The position numbers and the translations under genes are program-made. Shown in pieces: positions 9,864 through 19,534 of a stretch of 64,000 bases of DNA. The DNA comes from Dehalococcoidia bacterium (GTDB lineage Bacteria > Chloroflexota > Dehalococcoidia > DSTF01 > JACRBR01), in assembly GCA_041494685.1 (NCBI GenBank), contig JBGQBE010000008.1, positions 21,241 to 85,240 of the forward strand. Reading direction: 5' to 3'. The notes beneath the pieces were generated by a model. The model did no database searches and had not been told where the DNA came from. It saw only the letters and a list, made by a program, of their open reading frames with translations. The stretch's first letter is position 1, and each line of letters starts with the position of its first letter.

Positions 9864-11456
9864 GTGAAGTTCGTATTGGGCATTTGTTCCGCCTTGGTCG
9901 TCATGGCTGCCGCTTGCGGCGGGGATGGAACGACGAAAGGCCCTCCACCCGCCTCCGCGGTTGAAACCAGCATCAGCGCGAGCACCCCGACACCCGCGCT
10001 GGACACGACCCCTGAGCACAGCACGGCCGTGCTCGCCATCAACGCCAACGGCCTTGAGGAGTTCCCCGCCGCCGTATTCTGGATCGGGACAAGCGGACAG
10101 GCGCCGGTCCTGCCGTCCGGCTACTGGAACCTCGTCATACGCGATGCCGGAGGCGTGCGCCGCACGCTGCACGCGGTGCAGGCCTCCGGGACGGACCCGG
10201 TTCTGCTCGAACAGGCGACAGACACGCCGCCGGGTGATCCCGGCGAGGCGGATGCGGCGTTCACCACCTTGTCCACCTACATCGCCACCTATCACGAGTC
10301 GTTCGTCTTCAGCCTCAATGTCCTGAGCGGGGGGTTCACCACGGCTCCCTTCGCGCCGGGTGCCGTGGCCGACGGGGACAGTGCCAAGCAGCTGCGACTT
10401 GCGACCGGCGAACTCGACGCCAGCACGGACCGCGCCGCGACCGCGGCCGAAGTGCTTGGTCGCCAGCGCTTCGCGAGCCGGGTGCCCGGCCCATCCGCGG
10501 GGATCTTCGACTTCCTGAAGGACAAGATAAAGGACCCGATCAAGGCGCAGGAAAGCGCCACACGCGCGCGGCGCGACCTTGAGCTTGCGTTCGGGCGGAT
10601 GACGATACAGCAGCAGCAAGAGGCCTTTCGTCAGTTGAAGGACGCAAGGGGCCTCGCTGTCGATGCACCGGATGCGGCAACGTTCGTTGAGCAGCTCGCA
10701 GCGGGCGATTACGACAACGAGGCGGCCCAGGCCCGGAATTTCCTCCAGAACCACGAGGACTACTTCGAGTTCTTCGATCTCCGCAACATTCAGACCGCGC
10801 GGGAGGAGGGAGCGAAGCTCGTGTCCGAGGGCGCGCAGTTCTACGCCCAGGCGCTCAAGGAGGTCCTTGTCAAGCAGTTCCCCGGGCTCGAGCAGGGTTG
10901 GGACGCAGTGACGAAGCTCGAGGAAAAGCTTCAGCGGCTCCAGCACCCGGAGATCAAGCCCGAGGATGTCCAGGCGTTGATGAAGGAGTTGGGCTACGAG
11001 ATCTCGATCGACGAGGCGCGCGGCATCGTGCAGCTCGCGGACTACTCGTACCAGTTGCTCCGCTCGAAGGCGAACGGGCCGGCCGCCAGGCCGACAGCGG
11101 AAGCCGCGACGATCGAGGGCGGCTGGGCCGTGTACGATCTCGCGCCGATCGAGAACGTGCGGAACGGCAAACTGGGGCTGCTGGTCGCGGAAGTAGACAA
11201 GGTGTCGTCGATCAAGATGTGCTCGCTTGATGGAGGCGGCCTCTGTCAGGGAGCCAATGCGGCGTCGACCATCGGCGACGCGGGCGGCGCCACGCGCGTG
11301 TTGGGGCCGTTCGAGACGCGCGGCGAGGCTCTAAAGGCGTTCTGCGACAATATCGTGCCGGGCTCCATCTACAACTCGACGTTCTGGGGCTTGATGGCGA
11401 AGATGCAGTACGACGGCCAGCTGCACGGCATCTTCAACGCCCCTTCCTGCAACTAG
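9864..11456 (+). CDS. Hypothetical secreted lipoprotein
   Basis: In-frame GTG at 9864 gives KFVLGICSALVVMAAACGG (signal peptide plus Cys). There is a long coiled region and a Cys-containing C-terminus. No known domain recognised. Confidence 0.55.
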   Translation: MKFVLGICSALVVMAAACGGDGTTKGPPPASAVETSISASTPTPALDTTPEHSTAVLAINANGLEEFPAAVFWIGTSGQAPVLPSGYWNLVIRDAGGVRRTLHAVQASGTDPVLLEQATDTPPGDPGEADAAFTTLSTYIATYHESFVFSLNVLSGGFTTAPFAPGAVADGDSAKQLRLATGELDASTDRAATAAEVLGRQRFASRVPGPSAGIFDFLKDKIKDPIKAQESATRARRDLELAFGRMTIQQQQEAFRQLKDARGLAVDAPDAATFVEQLAAGDYDNEAAQARNFLQNHEDYFEFFDLRNIQTAREEGAKLVSEGAQFYAQALKEVLVKQFPGLEQGWDAVTKLEEKLQRLQHPEIKPEDVQALMKELGYEISIDEARGIVQLADYSYQLLRSKANGPAARPTAEAATIEGGWAVYDLAPIENVRNGKLGLLVAEVDKVSSIKMCSLDGGGLCQGANAASTIGDAGGATRVLGPFETRGEALKAFCDNIVPGSIYNSTFWGLMAKMQYDGQLHGIFNAPSCN

Positions 11457-11702
11457 CACGCGGCAAACATAAGCTCCTAGCGGATACAGGCGATTGCACC
11501 GGCTCGCGTGCCGTTGTCAGATTGACAGGCACGCGCACGTCAGCAGCCCCTGGCGGCCCACCATCGGTGGCGGTCCGAGACGCCCCCATGATGTGTGTGC
11601 CGCATCGGTTCTTGAGCGAACGAATCTTCACAAGCCACCCGGCAAGAGACCTCCGCAGGCGTGCGCGATCGATAGGTAACCGCGTCTCCCAATGGAGATG
11701 GC

Positions 11703-11733
11703 TTGACTCTCCCGCCGCGGGAGGCCCTACAGT
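11703..11733 (+). promoter_or_regulatory. MerR-type promoter: TTGACT, 19-bp spacer with a perfect 7-bp dyad, TACAGT
   Basis: TTGACT at 11703-11708. The spacer CTCCCGC-C-GCGGGAG-GCCC is 19 nt. TACAGT at 11728-11733. The ATG at 11740 lies 6 nt after the -10 box. Confidence 0.65.
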
Positions 11734-11739
11734 TCCCCC

Positions 11740-12558
11740 ATGCTCAAGATCGGAGACTTCGCCCGCCTCAGCCATGTGCCTGTGAAAACGCTGCGCTACT
11801 ACGATGATCTGGGACTCATCACGCCCGCGCACGTCGATGCCTTCACGGGCTACCGCTACTACTCGGTTGAGCAGCTTCCTCGCTTCAACCGGTTGCTCGC
11901 CCTAAGGGATCTCGGCCTCTCGCTCGAACAGATCGCCCGAGTCCTGAACGAACGCGTCACGCACGAGCAGCTGCGTGGAATGTTGATGCTCAAGCGCGCG
12001 GAAGCGGAGAATCAACTGAAGGAGGATCAGGGTCGGATGGCCCGCATTGAAGCCCGACTGAGGGATATCGAACTGGAGGACAGCTTGCCTGAATACGACG
12101 TCGCGCTCAAGACCGTACAGCCCGTGCTGGTCGCAGCTTGCCGCATTCGCATCCCAAAGAATGACATGGTGCCCGCCCTACTCGGCACAGCGTACAAACA
12201 GACGTACGACCACATTCGCTCGCACGGCGGTAAGGATCTAGAGCCATGCATGGCCCTGTGGCACACGACGGCGGACACCTACGCGGACGAAGACGCTGAG
12301 GCCATCGTGCCGATAGATCGCGTGCTGCCAGACAGTGACCGAGTGAAGGTGTACGAACTTCCCGGAGGCACCTTCGCCGCCGCCGTCCATCACGGAGACT
12401 TCGCCGAATTCACGCAACTGCATCCCGCGCTGCTGCGCTGGATCGAGGCGAACGGCTACCGCATCATCGGTCCATCCCGAGAGATCTACGTCCAGGACGA
12501 AGCCCGGCATCCTCGCAACAGCGTGACCGAAGTGCAGTACCCCGTAGAGAGGGCGTGA
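11740..12558 (+). CDS. MerR-family regulator with a GyrI-like effector-binding domain (BmrR-like)
   Basis: N-terminus MLKIGDFARLSHVPVKTLRYYDDLGLITP is a MerR HTH. It is followed by a coiled coil and a C-terminal GyrI-like region. Confidence 0.85.
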   Translation: MLKIGDFARLSHVPVKTLRYYDDLGLITPAHVDAFTGYRYYSVEQLPRFNRLLALRDLGLSLEQIARVLNERVTHEQLRGMLMLKRAEAENQLKEDQGRMARIEARLRDIELEDSLPEYDVALKTVQPVLVAACRIRIPKNDMVPALLGTAYKQTYDHIRSHGGKDLEPCMALWHTTADTYADEDAEAIVPIDRVLPDSDRVKVYELPGGTFAAAVHHGDFAEFTQLHPALLRWIEANGYRIIGPSREIYVQDEARHPRNSVTEVQYPVERA

Positions 12559-12736
12559 TCTGGAATCTGTGCCAACGGCGAGATGCGATCTACGCACACG
12601 ATGACCACGTCGTGTGCGGTGGGCAATCGGCAGAGCACCCGATTAGCGTGGGAAGATCACCTCACCTGCGACGAAGCACAGAGCCAACACTCGCTCGCTT
12701 CGAGCTGTCGGCCGACATCTTCCAACTCTCCGCGGG

Positions 12737-13780
12737 TCAGCGGAGTCGGGTCGTACCCCGGCAGAAATCTGCAATGCTGCGCGCTGTCTCGCGGCTCGTC
12801 TCGGGGCAGGTCATCGGGAAGATCTCGGTCCCGTGGATCGTTCCCATCACCTGCCGGCACAGGGCGGGCACTCCTGCGCTCATCAGCAGCCTATAGAAGT
12901 TGATGCCTTCGTCGCGCAGCGGGTCGCATTCGTTCACGCTGATCATCGTCGGCGGCAAGCCCCGCACGTCGTCAACCGTGGCGAACCCGGGCCAGGCCAG
13001 CGGATTGCGGCGCTTCAACTCGTCGATGCCGTATGCCATCGCGCCGTTGTTGTTGTGCAGGTCCAGCAGGATGCCGTTGTTCTCAATCGACGACGGGTTC
13101 TGCTCCAACGGCCAGATGCCGGCGATGTACGGACACAACGCGTACAACCCCTGGATCAGGTCCAGGCGTCCCTCGCGCTTCAGCCTCAGCCCGGTCGCGA
13201 GTGTGAGATTGCCGCCGCCGCTTTCGCCGGCAACGATGATTGCGTCGGGGTTGATCCCGAGGCTGGCACCGTTGGCGGACACCCACTTCAGGCCGGACAC
13301 GCAGTCGTTCAGACCGGCGGGATAGGGGGCGACCTCAGGCACCGATGAGGGCGTCAGCGCGTTGCGAAAATCGACCATCGCCACGGCAACGCCCTGCTGC
13401 GCGATGATCCGACCCCATGCCTTGTAGTTGCCGTAGAAGCATGACATCGTCGTCATGCCGCCGCCGTGGATGTAGTACACGCATGGCAGAGGTTCGCTGG
13501 ACCGCGGGCGTATGAACTGAATATTGATGGTGTTGCCGTCGGGCTCCGACGCGAGCGTGAGCGTCGTGACGGTAAGGCCCGTCGAGGGAGCTAGTTCTTC
13601 GGTGTCGGCGGCGTCCAGGAAGCTCCGCAACCCCTCCCTCAAGGCGACGGCTTCAGGGCTGCTTGCGGCTGCCAACAACTCCTCACGGCTGCTCACGTCC
13701 TCGGGTGCGGGGAACTCAAGCGCGCCAAACAGTGCCTTGATGCGCGGGTCGATGCGGGGATCGTCGGTGATCTTGCTCAT
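12737..13780 (-). CDS. Alpha/beta-hydrolase fold-3 esterase/lipase (HSL family)
   Basis: HGGG box (YYIHGGGM) and GESGGGN nucleophile elbow. GGAGGAG precedes the ATG at 13780. Confidence 0.85.
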   Translation of the reverse strand: MSKITDDPRIDPRIKALFGALEFPAPEDVSSREELLAAASSPEAVALREGLRSFLDAADTEELAPSTGLTVTTLTLASEPDGNTINIQFIRPRSSEPLPCVYYIHGGGMTTMSCFYGNYKAWGRIIAQQGVAVAMVDFRNALTPSSVPEVAPYPAGLNDCVSGLKWVSANGASLGINPDAIIVAGESGGGNLTLATGLRLKREGRLDLIQGLYALCPYIAGIWPLEQNPSSIENNGILLDLHNNNGAMAYGIDELKRRNPLAWPGFATVDDVRGLPPTMISVNECDPLRDEGINFYRLLMSAGVPALCRQVMGTIHGTEIFPMTCPETSRETARSIADFCRGTTRLR

Positions 13781-13909
13781 CTCGTCTCCTCCATGGTCCA
13801 ATCCCTTACCAGCGGTCTTGACCGGGCGGACCATGCTTCCCACGCGGCGACCAGTCACTCAGGGCCGAGCGTACGCGAGTGGCGCTGCGTGCCGGGCAAG
13901 TATAGCCGC

Positions 13910-14140
13910 CTACCCCGGCTCGTCGTCCCGTCCGCGATGCTGGGTCCGCCAGGTATCCTGCGGCGCTCGTTGCTCGCCCATCGCCCGCTCGAAGAAGAGA
14001 TAGAGGCGCACGTTGAGCGCGCCCGAGTTGACCGCCGTGCTGGTCACAAGGCGCCAGCCGTCCGCAGCCATCTGATTACAGATGTCCTCAATGTCGCCGG
14101 TTCCGCTCGTCTCGGGGGCGCGTACACGGTATTCAAACAT
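13910..14140 (-). CDS. DUF4177-like small protein
   Basis: MFEYRVRAPETSGTGDIEDICNQMAADGWRLVTSTAV resembles the DUF4177 pattern. The start is taken at the internal ATG 14140. Confidence 0.45.
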   Translation of the reverse strand: MFEYRVRAPETSGTGDIEDICNQMAADGWRLVTSTAVNSGALNVRLYLFFERAMGEQRAPQDTWRTQHRGRDDEPG

Positions 14141-14291
14141 GTGCGGCCGGCTTTCTGGCGATCCCCTGCGTTGTCGACCTCGTTGGTGGCGCGGGCATGG
14201 TACAACGTGTCGCGGATGAACGGGACGCTGGCGCCGACGCCAATGGTCAGCAGGAGCCAGCACACTCGATTAACGCGTCTGACTCGTTCTC

Positions 14292-14996
14292 CTACCGCAC
14301 GGGCACGTGTTTGACCTCGTTGTCGACGATGTGCTGCACCATCGCGCGGAGTTCGTCGTCGGGCTCGGGCAGCTCGAACGGCCCGGTGTACTCCTGCACC
14401 TGCCCATGCAGCTCGATGAGCATCGCCTTCGCCTCGTCGAAGCTCGCGCGGAACCGTGCGTGCAGCACATCTTCGCCGCCGAAGTCCTCCGTGATCGACT
14501 CGACCTGCTCCTCGACCGCACGCAGCTCCCGCCAGTTCTCCTGGACGCCGCTGCGGACTGACACGGCGAGGATGCGGGCCATCTCCGGGCCGAAGCCCCT
14601 TTCTGGAGGCTCCACCGCCAGCGGCGACTCCATGTCCAGCGGCAGGTCGAGCTTGCAGGCGCCGCGGTCGAGCAAGCGGCGGATGAACTCGTGGTCGCCG
14701 CGCTCCAGGGCCACCTCGCGTTCGCGATCGTCGGGCCGCACCTCGAAGTCGCGGCCCATCTCGGGGATCACGGGCACGGGCTTCCCGAGCCAGTCGTAGA
14801 ACGCCCCGCACTGGATCTGCAGCCGCCGGCCCTTGCCTCTGCCCGTGAGCGTGCCGGCAGCCCCCAGCGCGCGCAGCTCCTCGATCTTCTGGTCGCGCAC
14901 GCGGTACCAGGCGTCGTCCGTCGGGCACCGCTCGCCATTCTCATCGATCTCGCAGTCCGCATCGTCCCAATCCTGGCGCTCCTCGGTGAGGGTCAT
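14292..14996 (-). CDS. Hypothetical protein (mobile-element cargo)
   Basis: 234 aa from ATG 14996 (MTLTEERQDWDD), acidic. No known domain. Overlaps the upstream ORF by 56 nt, so a frameshift cannot be excluded. Confidence 0.45.
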   Translation of the reverse strand: MTLTEERQDWDDADCEIDENGERCPTDDAWYRVRDQKIEELRALGAAGTLTGRGKGRRLQIQCGAFYDWLGKPVPVIPEMGRDFEVRPDDREREVALERGDHEFIRRLLDRGACKLDLPLDMESPLAVEPPERGFGPEMARILAVSVRSGVQENWRELRAVEEQVESITEDFGGEDVLHARFRASFDEAKAMLIELHGQVQEYTGPFELPEPDDELRAMVQHIVDNEVKHVPVR

Positions 14997-15795
14997 CGCG
15001 CACTCGTCCACCGGGGAGCATTTCGCTGCGGGCCTCCTGCTCGCGCTTGCGGTACTCGCTCTCGGTGACGGGCTCGCGGGCGCAGACGTAAAAGCGCGCC
15101 CGTACGGCCCACATCTCCAGCGCGCAGAGGCGTGCCCACGCAAGCCAGCCGAAGCGCAGGTCCTCCTGCCGCACCCGCTCGCGGATGATGGCGATGAGGT
15201 GGGCCAGGTCGCCGTTGGCGGCGTTCATCAGGCCGATCAGGCGATTGAGTTCCGGGGTCTGCCGGTCGGGCGCGGTGTTCAGGAGCTGGCGGTCCTGGGG
15301 CTTCTCCGATTTGAGGTCGCGGAGCATCAGGACCGCGCGCTCCTGCGGGCTGAGCGCGGGCAGCAGGCGATCGAGGCGTTGCTCGCCGCTCATCGCCGGC
15401 CGCCCGTCTTGACCAGGCGGGGGCTTCAACGTCGCCTCGACCGCCTCCAGCCGCTGCTCCAATTCGCCGACCTCCAGCAGCTTGGTGAGCGCCTGAGCCG
15501 CCGCGATCAGCAAACGACCTCGGGCGACCGAATTGCCCTCCATGCCGAGGCCGTCGAACGTGACGATCTCCAGCACGCGGCGGATGCCGGCGACGCTGTC
15601 GAGGCCGTCGACGTCGAAGGCTCCGGCGAGGGTGGACTCGCGGCGCCGGCGCTGACCGCCCAGCTTGCGCGCCGCGGCGGCTTCCTCGGTGTGTTCGGGC
15701 GAGTGCCAGAAGCAGAAGTCGCCGTCGTGCATCGGCGCGGAGCTACAGCGATCGCCGTTCTGCTTGTACGCGGTACAGGTTCGAATCAGTACCAA
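14941..15795 (-). CDS. Hypothetical protein with an N-terminal Cys/His zinc-ribbon-like motif
   Basis: CTAYKQNGDRCSSAPMHDGDFCFWH at the N-terminus, a pattern seen in phage and integrative-element proteins. Confidence 0.45.
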   Translation of the reverse strand: MVLIRTCTAYKQNGDRCSSAPMHDGDFCFWHSPEHTEEAAAARKLGGQRRRRESTLAGAFDVDGLDSVAGIRRVLEIVTFDGLGMEGNSVARGRLLIAAAQALTKLLEVGELEQRLEAVEATLKPPPGQDGRPAMSGEQRLDRLLPALSPQERAVLMLRDLKSEKPQDRQLLNTAPDRQTPELNRLIGLMNAANGDLAHLIAIIRERVRQEDLRFGWLAWARLCALEMWAVRARFYVCAREPVTESEYRKREQEARSEMLPGGRVRDDPHRGAPGLGRCGLRDR

Positions 15796-15952
15796 TCAGT
15801 ACCTCTGCTTGTCACGGGCGGTTGGTACTCCGACCATCGCTATCTACCCATGGTGTGCGCCGGCCAAACGCTGCCTCGGCCGCTTGACATCGGATTGCCG
15901 GTGGCGCAGACTCCGTCTCACCTTTGGAACGTACGTCAGCAAGGAGGGTGCC

Positions 15953-16309
15953 ATGGCTGCCGCCGAGAAGAAGAGTCTGGGATCGCCTGATGAGGTCCGC
16001 AAGTTCAAGAATGGCCAGATCGAGGTCGTCAACATCGGCGGTGGCACCGTCGGAAAGGCCACGTTCCAGCCGGGCTGGAAGTGGTCGAACGACGTGAAGC
16101 CCATCGCCGGGACGGAGCTCTGCCAGGCGCCGCACTTCGGATACCAGGTCGCGGGGCGGATGCGCGTCGTGATGGCCGATGGCAGCGAATTCGAGTCCGG
16201 TCCGGGCGACGTGATTGCCATCCCGCCGGGGCACGACGCGTGGATCGTCGGCAATGAAGCGTGCGTCCTGATCGACTGGAGCGGTGCAGCGAACTACGCG
16301 AAGAGCTGA
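15953..16309 (+). CDS. Cupin-domain protein
   Basis: AAGGAGG at 15941-15947 precedes ATG 15953. Beta-barrel cupin pattern: GYQVAGRMRVVMADGSEFESGPGDVIAIPPGHDAW. Confidence 0.75.
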   Translation: MAAAEKKSLGSPDEVRKFKNGQIEVVNIGGGTVGKATFQPGWKWSNDVKPIAGTELCQAPHFGYQVAGRMRVVMADGSEFESGPGDVIAIPPGHDAWIVGNEACVLIDWSGAANYAKS

Positions 16310-16374
16310 GCCGGCCGACAACGACAGCAGGCTCCGTGAGGGAGCCCGCTGTGCTTCGTGAACGTCGCCGCTGG

Positions 16375-16836
16375 TTAGCTGGTGTGCGTCAGGGCGTGCG
16401 CCGTCGCCGCCTTCATCGTCGGGAACGTCTCGGCGCAGACGCCGCAGCCGTACGAATTGGCCTTCTTCGCCGCTCGCTGCGCATTCGGCTTCTTCGCGCT
16501 CTTGGCCTTGGCGCTCTTCTTCGGGGCGGCCTTCGTCTTCGCCACCGGCTTCTTCGCGGCGGGCTCCTTCTCGGCCTTCGCCAGCTTGTTGGCAGTGGCC
16601 TTCGGTTCGCGCTTCGGCGTTTCCGTGCCCTGGATGCTCCAGAAGCGCCAGCCGTTGCACGCGACGCCGCCCATCGCCGCCTTCCCCGCCGACGACGGGC
16701 TCTTGTGCTCCGTCCCGTCGTCGAGCTTGTAGCGCAGCCCGTTGTCGGTCTGCACCACCTCGCACGTCCGCTCCGTCTTCTTGTACCGCGCCACCAGGCG
16801 CGTCCCCGCCGCTAGTTCCCTGTTCTCGATCGGCAT
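16375..16836 (-). CDS. DUF2924-like N-domain, Lys/Ala/Pro-rich linker and a C-terminal C2H2 zinc finger
   Basis: AAGGAG precedes ATG 16836. N-terminus reads GTRLVARYKK...SPSSAGKAAMGGVACNGWRFW. The linker is KKPVAKTKAAPKKSAKAKSAKKP. The C-terminus CGVCAETFPTMKAATAHALTH fits C-x2-C-x12-H-x3-H. Confidence 0.55.
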   Translation of the reverse strand: MPIENRELAAGTRLVARYKKTERTCEVVQTDNGLRYKLDDGTEHKSPSSAGKAAMGGVACNGWRFWSIQGTETPKREPKATANKLAKAEKEPAAKKPVAKTKAAPKKSAKAKSAKKPNAQRAAKKANSYGCGVCAETFPTMKAATAHALTHTS

Positions 16837-17153
16837 GTTGCCGCTCCTTTCGCTGGCCCTCGCGCGAGGGCGTCTCGTTGGTAGCGGCATACATCGCTCT
16901 GCGGCGATCCGAAGTCAACGACTCACCCTCCATCGTCTTTCCTCTTCCTCTCGCACGGTAGGCAGTACGATCGACGTGCCACAACCGGCCTCGATGCAGC
17001 CGCCGCACGCGCCGTCATCGCGCCCACGCACGTGGATCAGCGAGCCGCGGGCGTCGCGCTTGATGGCGAAGAGTTTCTGGCGCATCTCTGACCCGCTCAA
17101 TTACCCTGCCAATCTGCAATGCGCGCGCCGACGATGGCGGAGAGGTCTTCGAC

Positions 17154-17516
17154 ATGCAAGTCAATCAAGTCATTCTCAACATCAACAGCGAACAGCCGCA
17201 GGAACTCCTTCGTTTCTACCTCGACACGGTGGGCCTGCCGCGGCACCCTGACCCTAACCGTGAAAGCACGCTCCTCGCCGGACCGTTGGAACTGGTGTTT
17301 GACAGCCATAGCAACGTCAGCGGCAAGTCGTTGCAACCGGAGAGGTTGCTGCTCAATCTCTTCGTCGATAGCGTCGAAGAGGAGCAGGCGCGGATCGAAG
17401 GGCACGGCGTGGCGTTCATCAGGTCGGCCGGCAGAGAGGAGTGGGGCGGCGTGATTTCCACATTCCTCGATCCCGACGGCAACTACTGCCAGCTCATCGA
17501 ATTCAAGCCGGACTAA
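17154..17516 (+). CDS. VOC/glyoxalase-family protein
   Basis: 120 aa. ...WGGVISTFLDPDGNYCQLIEF is a typical VOC C-terminal strand motif. Confidence 0.7.
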   Translation: MQVNQVILNINSEQPQELLRFYLDTVGLPRHPDPNRESTLLAGPLELVFDSHSNVSGKSLQPERLLLNLFVDSVEEEQARIEGHGVAFIRSAGREEWGGVISTFLDPDGNYCQLIEFKPD

Positions 17517-17563
17517 GTGTCGCGACTGCGACCCCAGAGACGTGTTCCGTCGATGCACAATCA

Positions 17564-18808
17564 TCAAGACTTGCTGATGCATACGGCCTCCTTGCCGGAG
17601 AACGATTCCCAGCGAGCCAACACGACGCTGCCATAGTGCGGGTCCAGTTCCATGCCGTAGCAGACGCGCCCGGTGCGCTCCGCGGCGATCAGCGTCGTCC
17701 CCGAGCCGAGGAAGAGGTCGAGCACGACGTCGCCCGCTGACGAGGAGTTGCGAATCGCCTTCTCGACGAGCGCGAGCGGCTTCATCGTCGGATGCGCGTC
17801 GCTGTCAGACGGCCGTTCGATGCGCCAGACGTCGTCTTGCGTCCTGCCGCCGTGCCACTGATGCTTCGTTCCGTCGCTCCAACCGTAGAAGACGGGCTCG
17901 AACGATCGCTGGTAGTCCGCGCGCCCAGGAACGAAGCGATCCTTCGCCCAGATGATCGAGTCGGACCAGTGCGCTCCGAGGTCCGTAAGGATGGCGCACA
18001 TCGTCGGCCACTCGCGGGTGCTCATGCAGATGTAGAGCGCGCCATCCACCGAGGCGAGAAGGTTGCCGCCCCAGCCTCGCACGAAACGATCCCATTCCTC
18101 GGGGCTCAGGCAGTGGTTCTGGATGGTGCGTTTGTTTCGCCGCACGGCGAACGAGCCGCCGCCCTTCCCGTAGTCCACGTTGTAGGGCGGGTCGGTGAAG
18201 CACATCTGGGCGTGCTTGCCGTCGAGCAGCCGCTGTACGGCCGCCGCGTCGGTTGCGTCGCCGATGAGGAGCCGATGGTCGCCCAGAGCCCACAACTCGC
18301 CACGTTTCGCGCGTGTGGCCGCACGTGCGGCCTGCAGCGCCGCCTCCACGTCGAACGACTCCGCCCGCTCGCGCTTCTCCCGCACGTCCAGGCTCTTGAG
18401 CAGCTTGCTCAGCTCGTCCTCGGTGAACCCGGAGAGCGACAGGTCGAGACCATCGACCGGCTGCAGGTCGGCGAGCATGCGGGCGAGCAGCTCGTCGTCC
18501 CACGAGCCGCTGATCTTGTTGAGGGCGAGGTTCAGCACACGGGCCTGCTCCGGCGTCAGATCGACGAAGATCACCGGCACGGTCTTCATGCCGAGCCGGC
18601 GCGCGGCGAGCAGCCGCTGGTGGCCACCGATCACGGTGCTGTCCTCCCTGCGGACCAGCACCGGCTGCACGAACCCGAACTCCTGCAAGCTCCGTGTCAG
18701 CGCCTCCAGGTCGGCGTCCGAGATCCGGCGGGGGTTGGCGGGGTCCGGCCGTAGGTCGTCGATGGCGAATTGCTCGATGACGATCGGCTTCTCGGTTGCT
18801 GTAGTCAT
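17564..18808 (-). CDS. ParB-like nuclease domain fused to a DNA methyltransferase (DPPY type, N4-C/N6-A)
   Basis: N-terminus IDDLRPDPANPRRI...GGHQRLLAARRLG is a ParB/Srx fold. The methyltransferase motif is CFTDPPYNVDYG, and the C-terminal SAM motif is VLDLFLGSGTT. Confidence 0.85.
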   Translation of the reverse strand: MTTATEKPIVIEQFAIDDLRPDPANPRRISDADLEALTRSLQEFGFVQPVLVRREDSTVIGGHQRLLAARRLGMKTVPVIFVDLTPEQARVLNLALNKISGSWDDELLARMLADLQPVDGLDLSLSGFTEDELSKLLKSLDVREKRERAESFDVEAALQAARAATRAKRGELWALGDHRLLIGDATDAAAVQRLLDGKHAQMCFTDPPYNVDYGKGGGSFAVRRNKRTIQNHCLSPEEWDRFVRGWGGNLLASVDGALYICMSTREWPTMCAILTDLGAHWSDSIIWAKDRFVPGRADYQRSFEPVFYGWSDGTKHQWHGGRTQDDVWRIERPSDSDAHPTMKPLALVEKAIRNSSSAGDVVLDLFLGSGTTLIAAERTGRVCYGMELDPHYGSVVLARWESFSGKEAVCISKS

Positions 18809-19081
18809 GCCCTGTCTCCTTGATTGGTGCCAGTCACCGCGCGATCACACACCTCAGTGCGCGCGGTGTTAGGATCTGGACATGGAGATCCTCGCCGCGC
18901 TCTTCTCCGAGTCCCTGTTCGACAGCTTCCTCAGCGTGTGGTGGCTGTGGGCGTTGCTCATCGGCGGTGGACTCGCGTTCGTCTGGTGGATCGACCGGCT
19001 GGACGCGACGCCCAGCTGGCGCCGCCCTCCCCGCCGCCGCCGATAGGCTAGGCCGCACGATTCGGTCATGGTGCCTGGTCA

Positions 19082-19534
19082 TCACGATCCCGTTCGTGCT
19101 TCGGCGAGCACACGCGCGATGTCCATTCTCAGCTCGCGCGAATCGACGGCTCGCCAATCAAGGACGACGTTCCGTCCATCGGTCGTGACGACGCGGAGCA
19201 GGATGCGATTTCCACCCGGCTGGTGTTCTTCAACGATCTGGCGGAGTCGATGGAGCAGCGTGAAGTCACGCTCGGTGTCGCCGGTTTCCCTGACGGTGAA
19301 CCGCACGAACGGCAAGACTGAAGATGCATACGCCACAAGCGCTGAGGCTTGTCGGACGCTGCGCTGGGCGTCCTCTTCGAGCGCGGCAAGGATCTCAGGC
19401 TTGCTCTCGGTGAGCACGGCGCGGAGATCGTCGGTGAGAGCGCCGGCAGGTGCATCGATCAGCAGGCGCTCCCCGCACGCCGATACGCGAATGTCGTGCT
19501 CTCGAAGCTTGGCCAGGACGGCGCGGGCGTTCAT
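19082..19534 (-). CDS. Hypothetical phage/element protein
   Basis: 150-aa ORF with an ATGA-type overlap to the upstream ORF. No known domain recognised. Confidence 0.4.
   Translation of the reverse strand: MNARAVLAKLREHDIRVSACGERLLIDAPAGALTDDLRAVLTESKPEILAALEEDAQRSVRQASALVAYASSVLPFVRFTVRETGDTERDFTLLHRLRQIVEEHQPGGNRILLRVVTTDGRNVVLDWRAVDSRELRMDIARVLAEARTGS

Noticed and set aside
8669-10048. 459-aa minus-strand ORF
   Set aside because: It overlaps the DinB-like and lipoprotein genes on the opposite strand. Its composition is Arg/Gly/Ala-rich and low-complexity, typical of shadow ORFs in high-GC DNA, and it has no recognisable motif.
15812-17008. 398-aa minus-strand ORF
   Set aside because: It runs antisense to the cupin gene and out of frame with the DUF2924-like gene. 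Its composition is Arg/Glu/Gly-rich and repetitive. Those two shorter genes have RBS-preceded starts and recognisable motifs.
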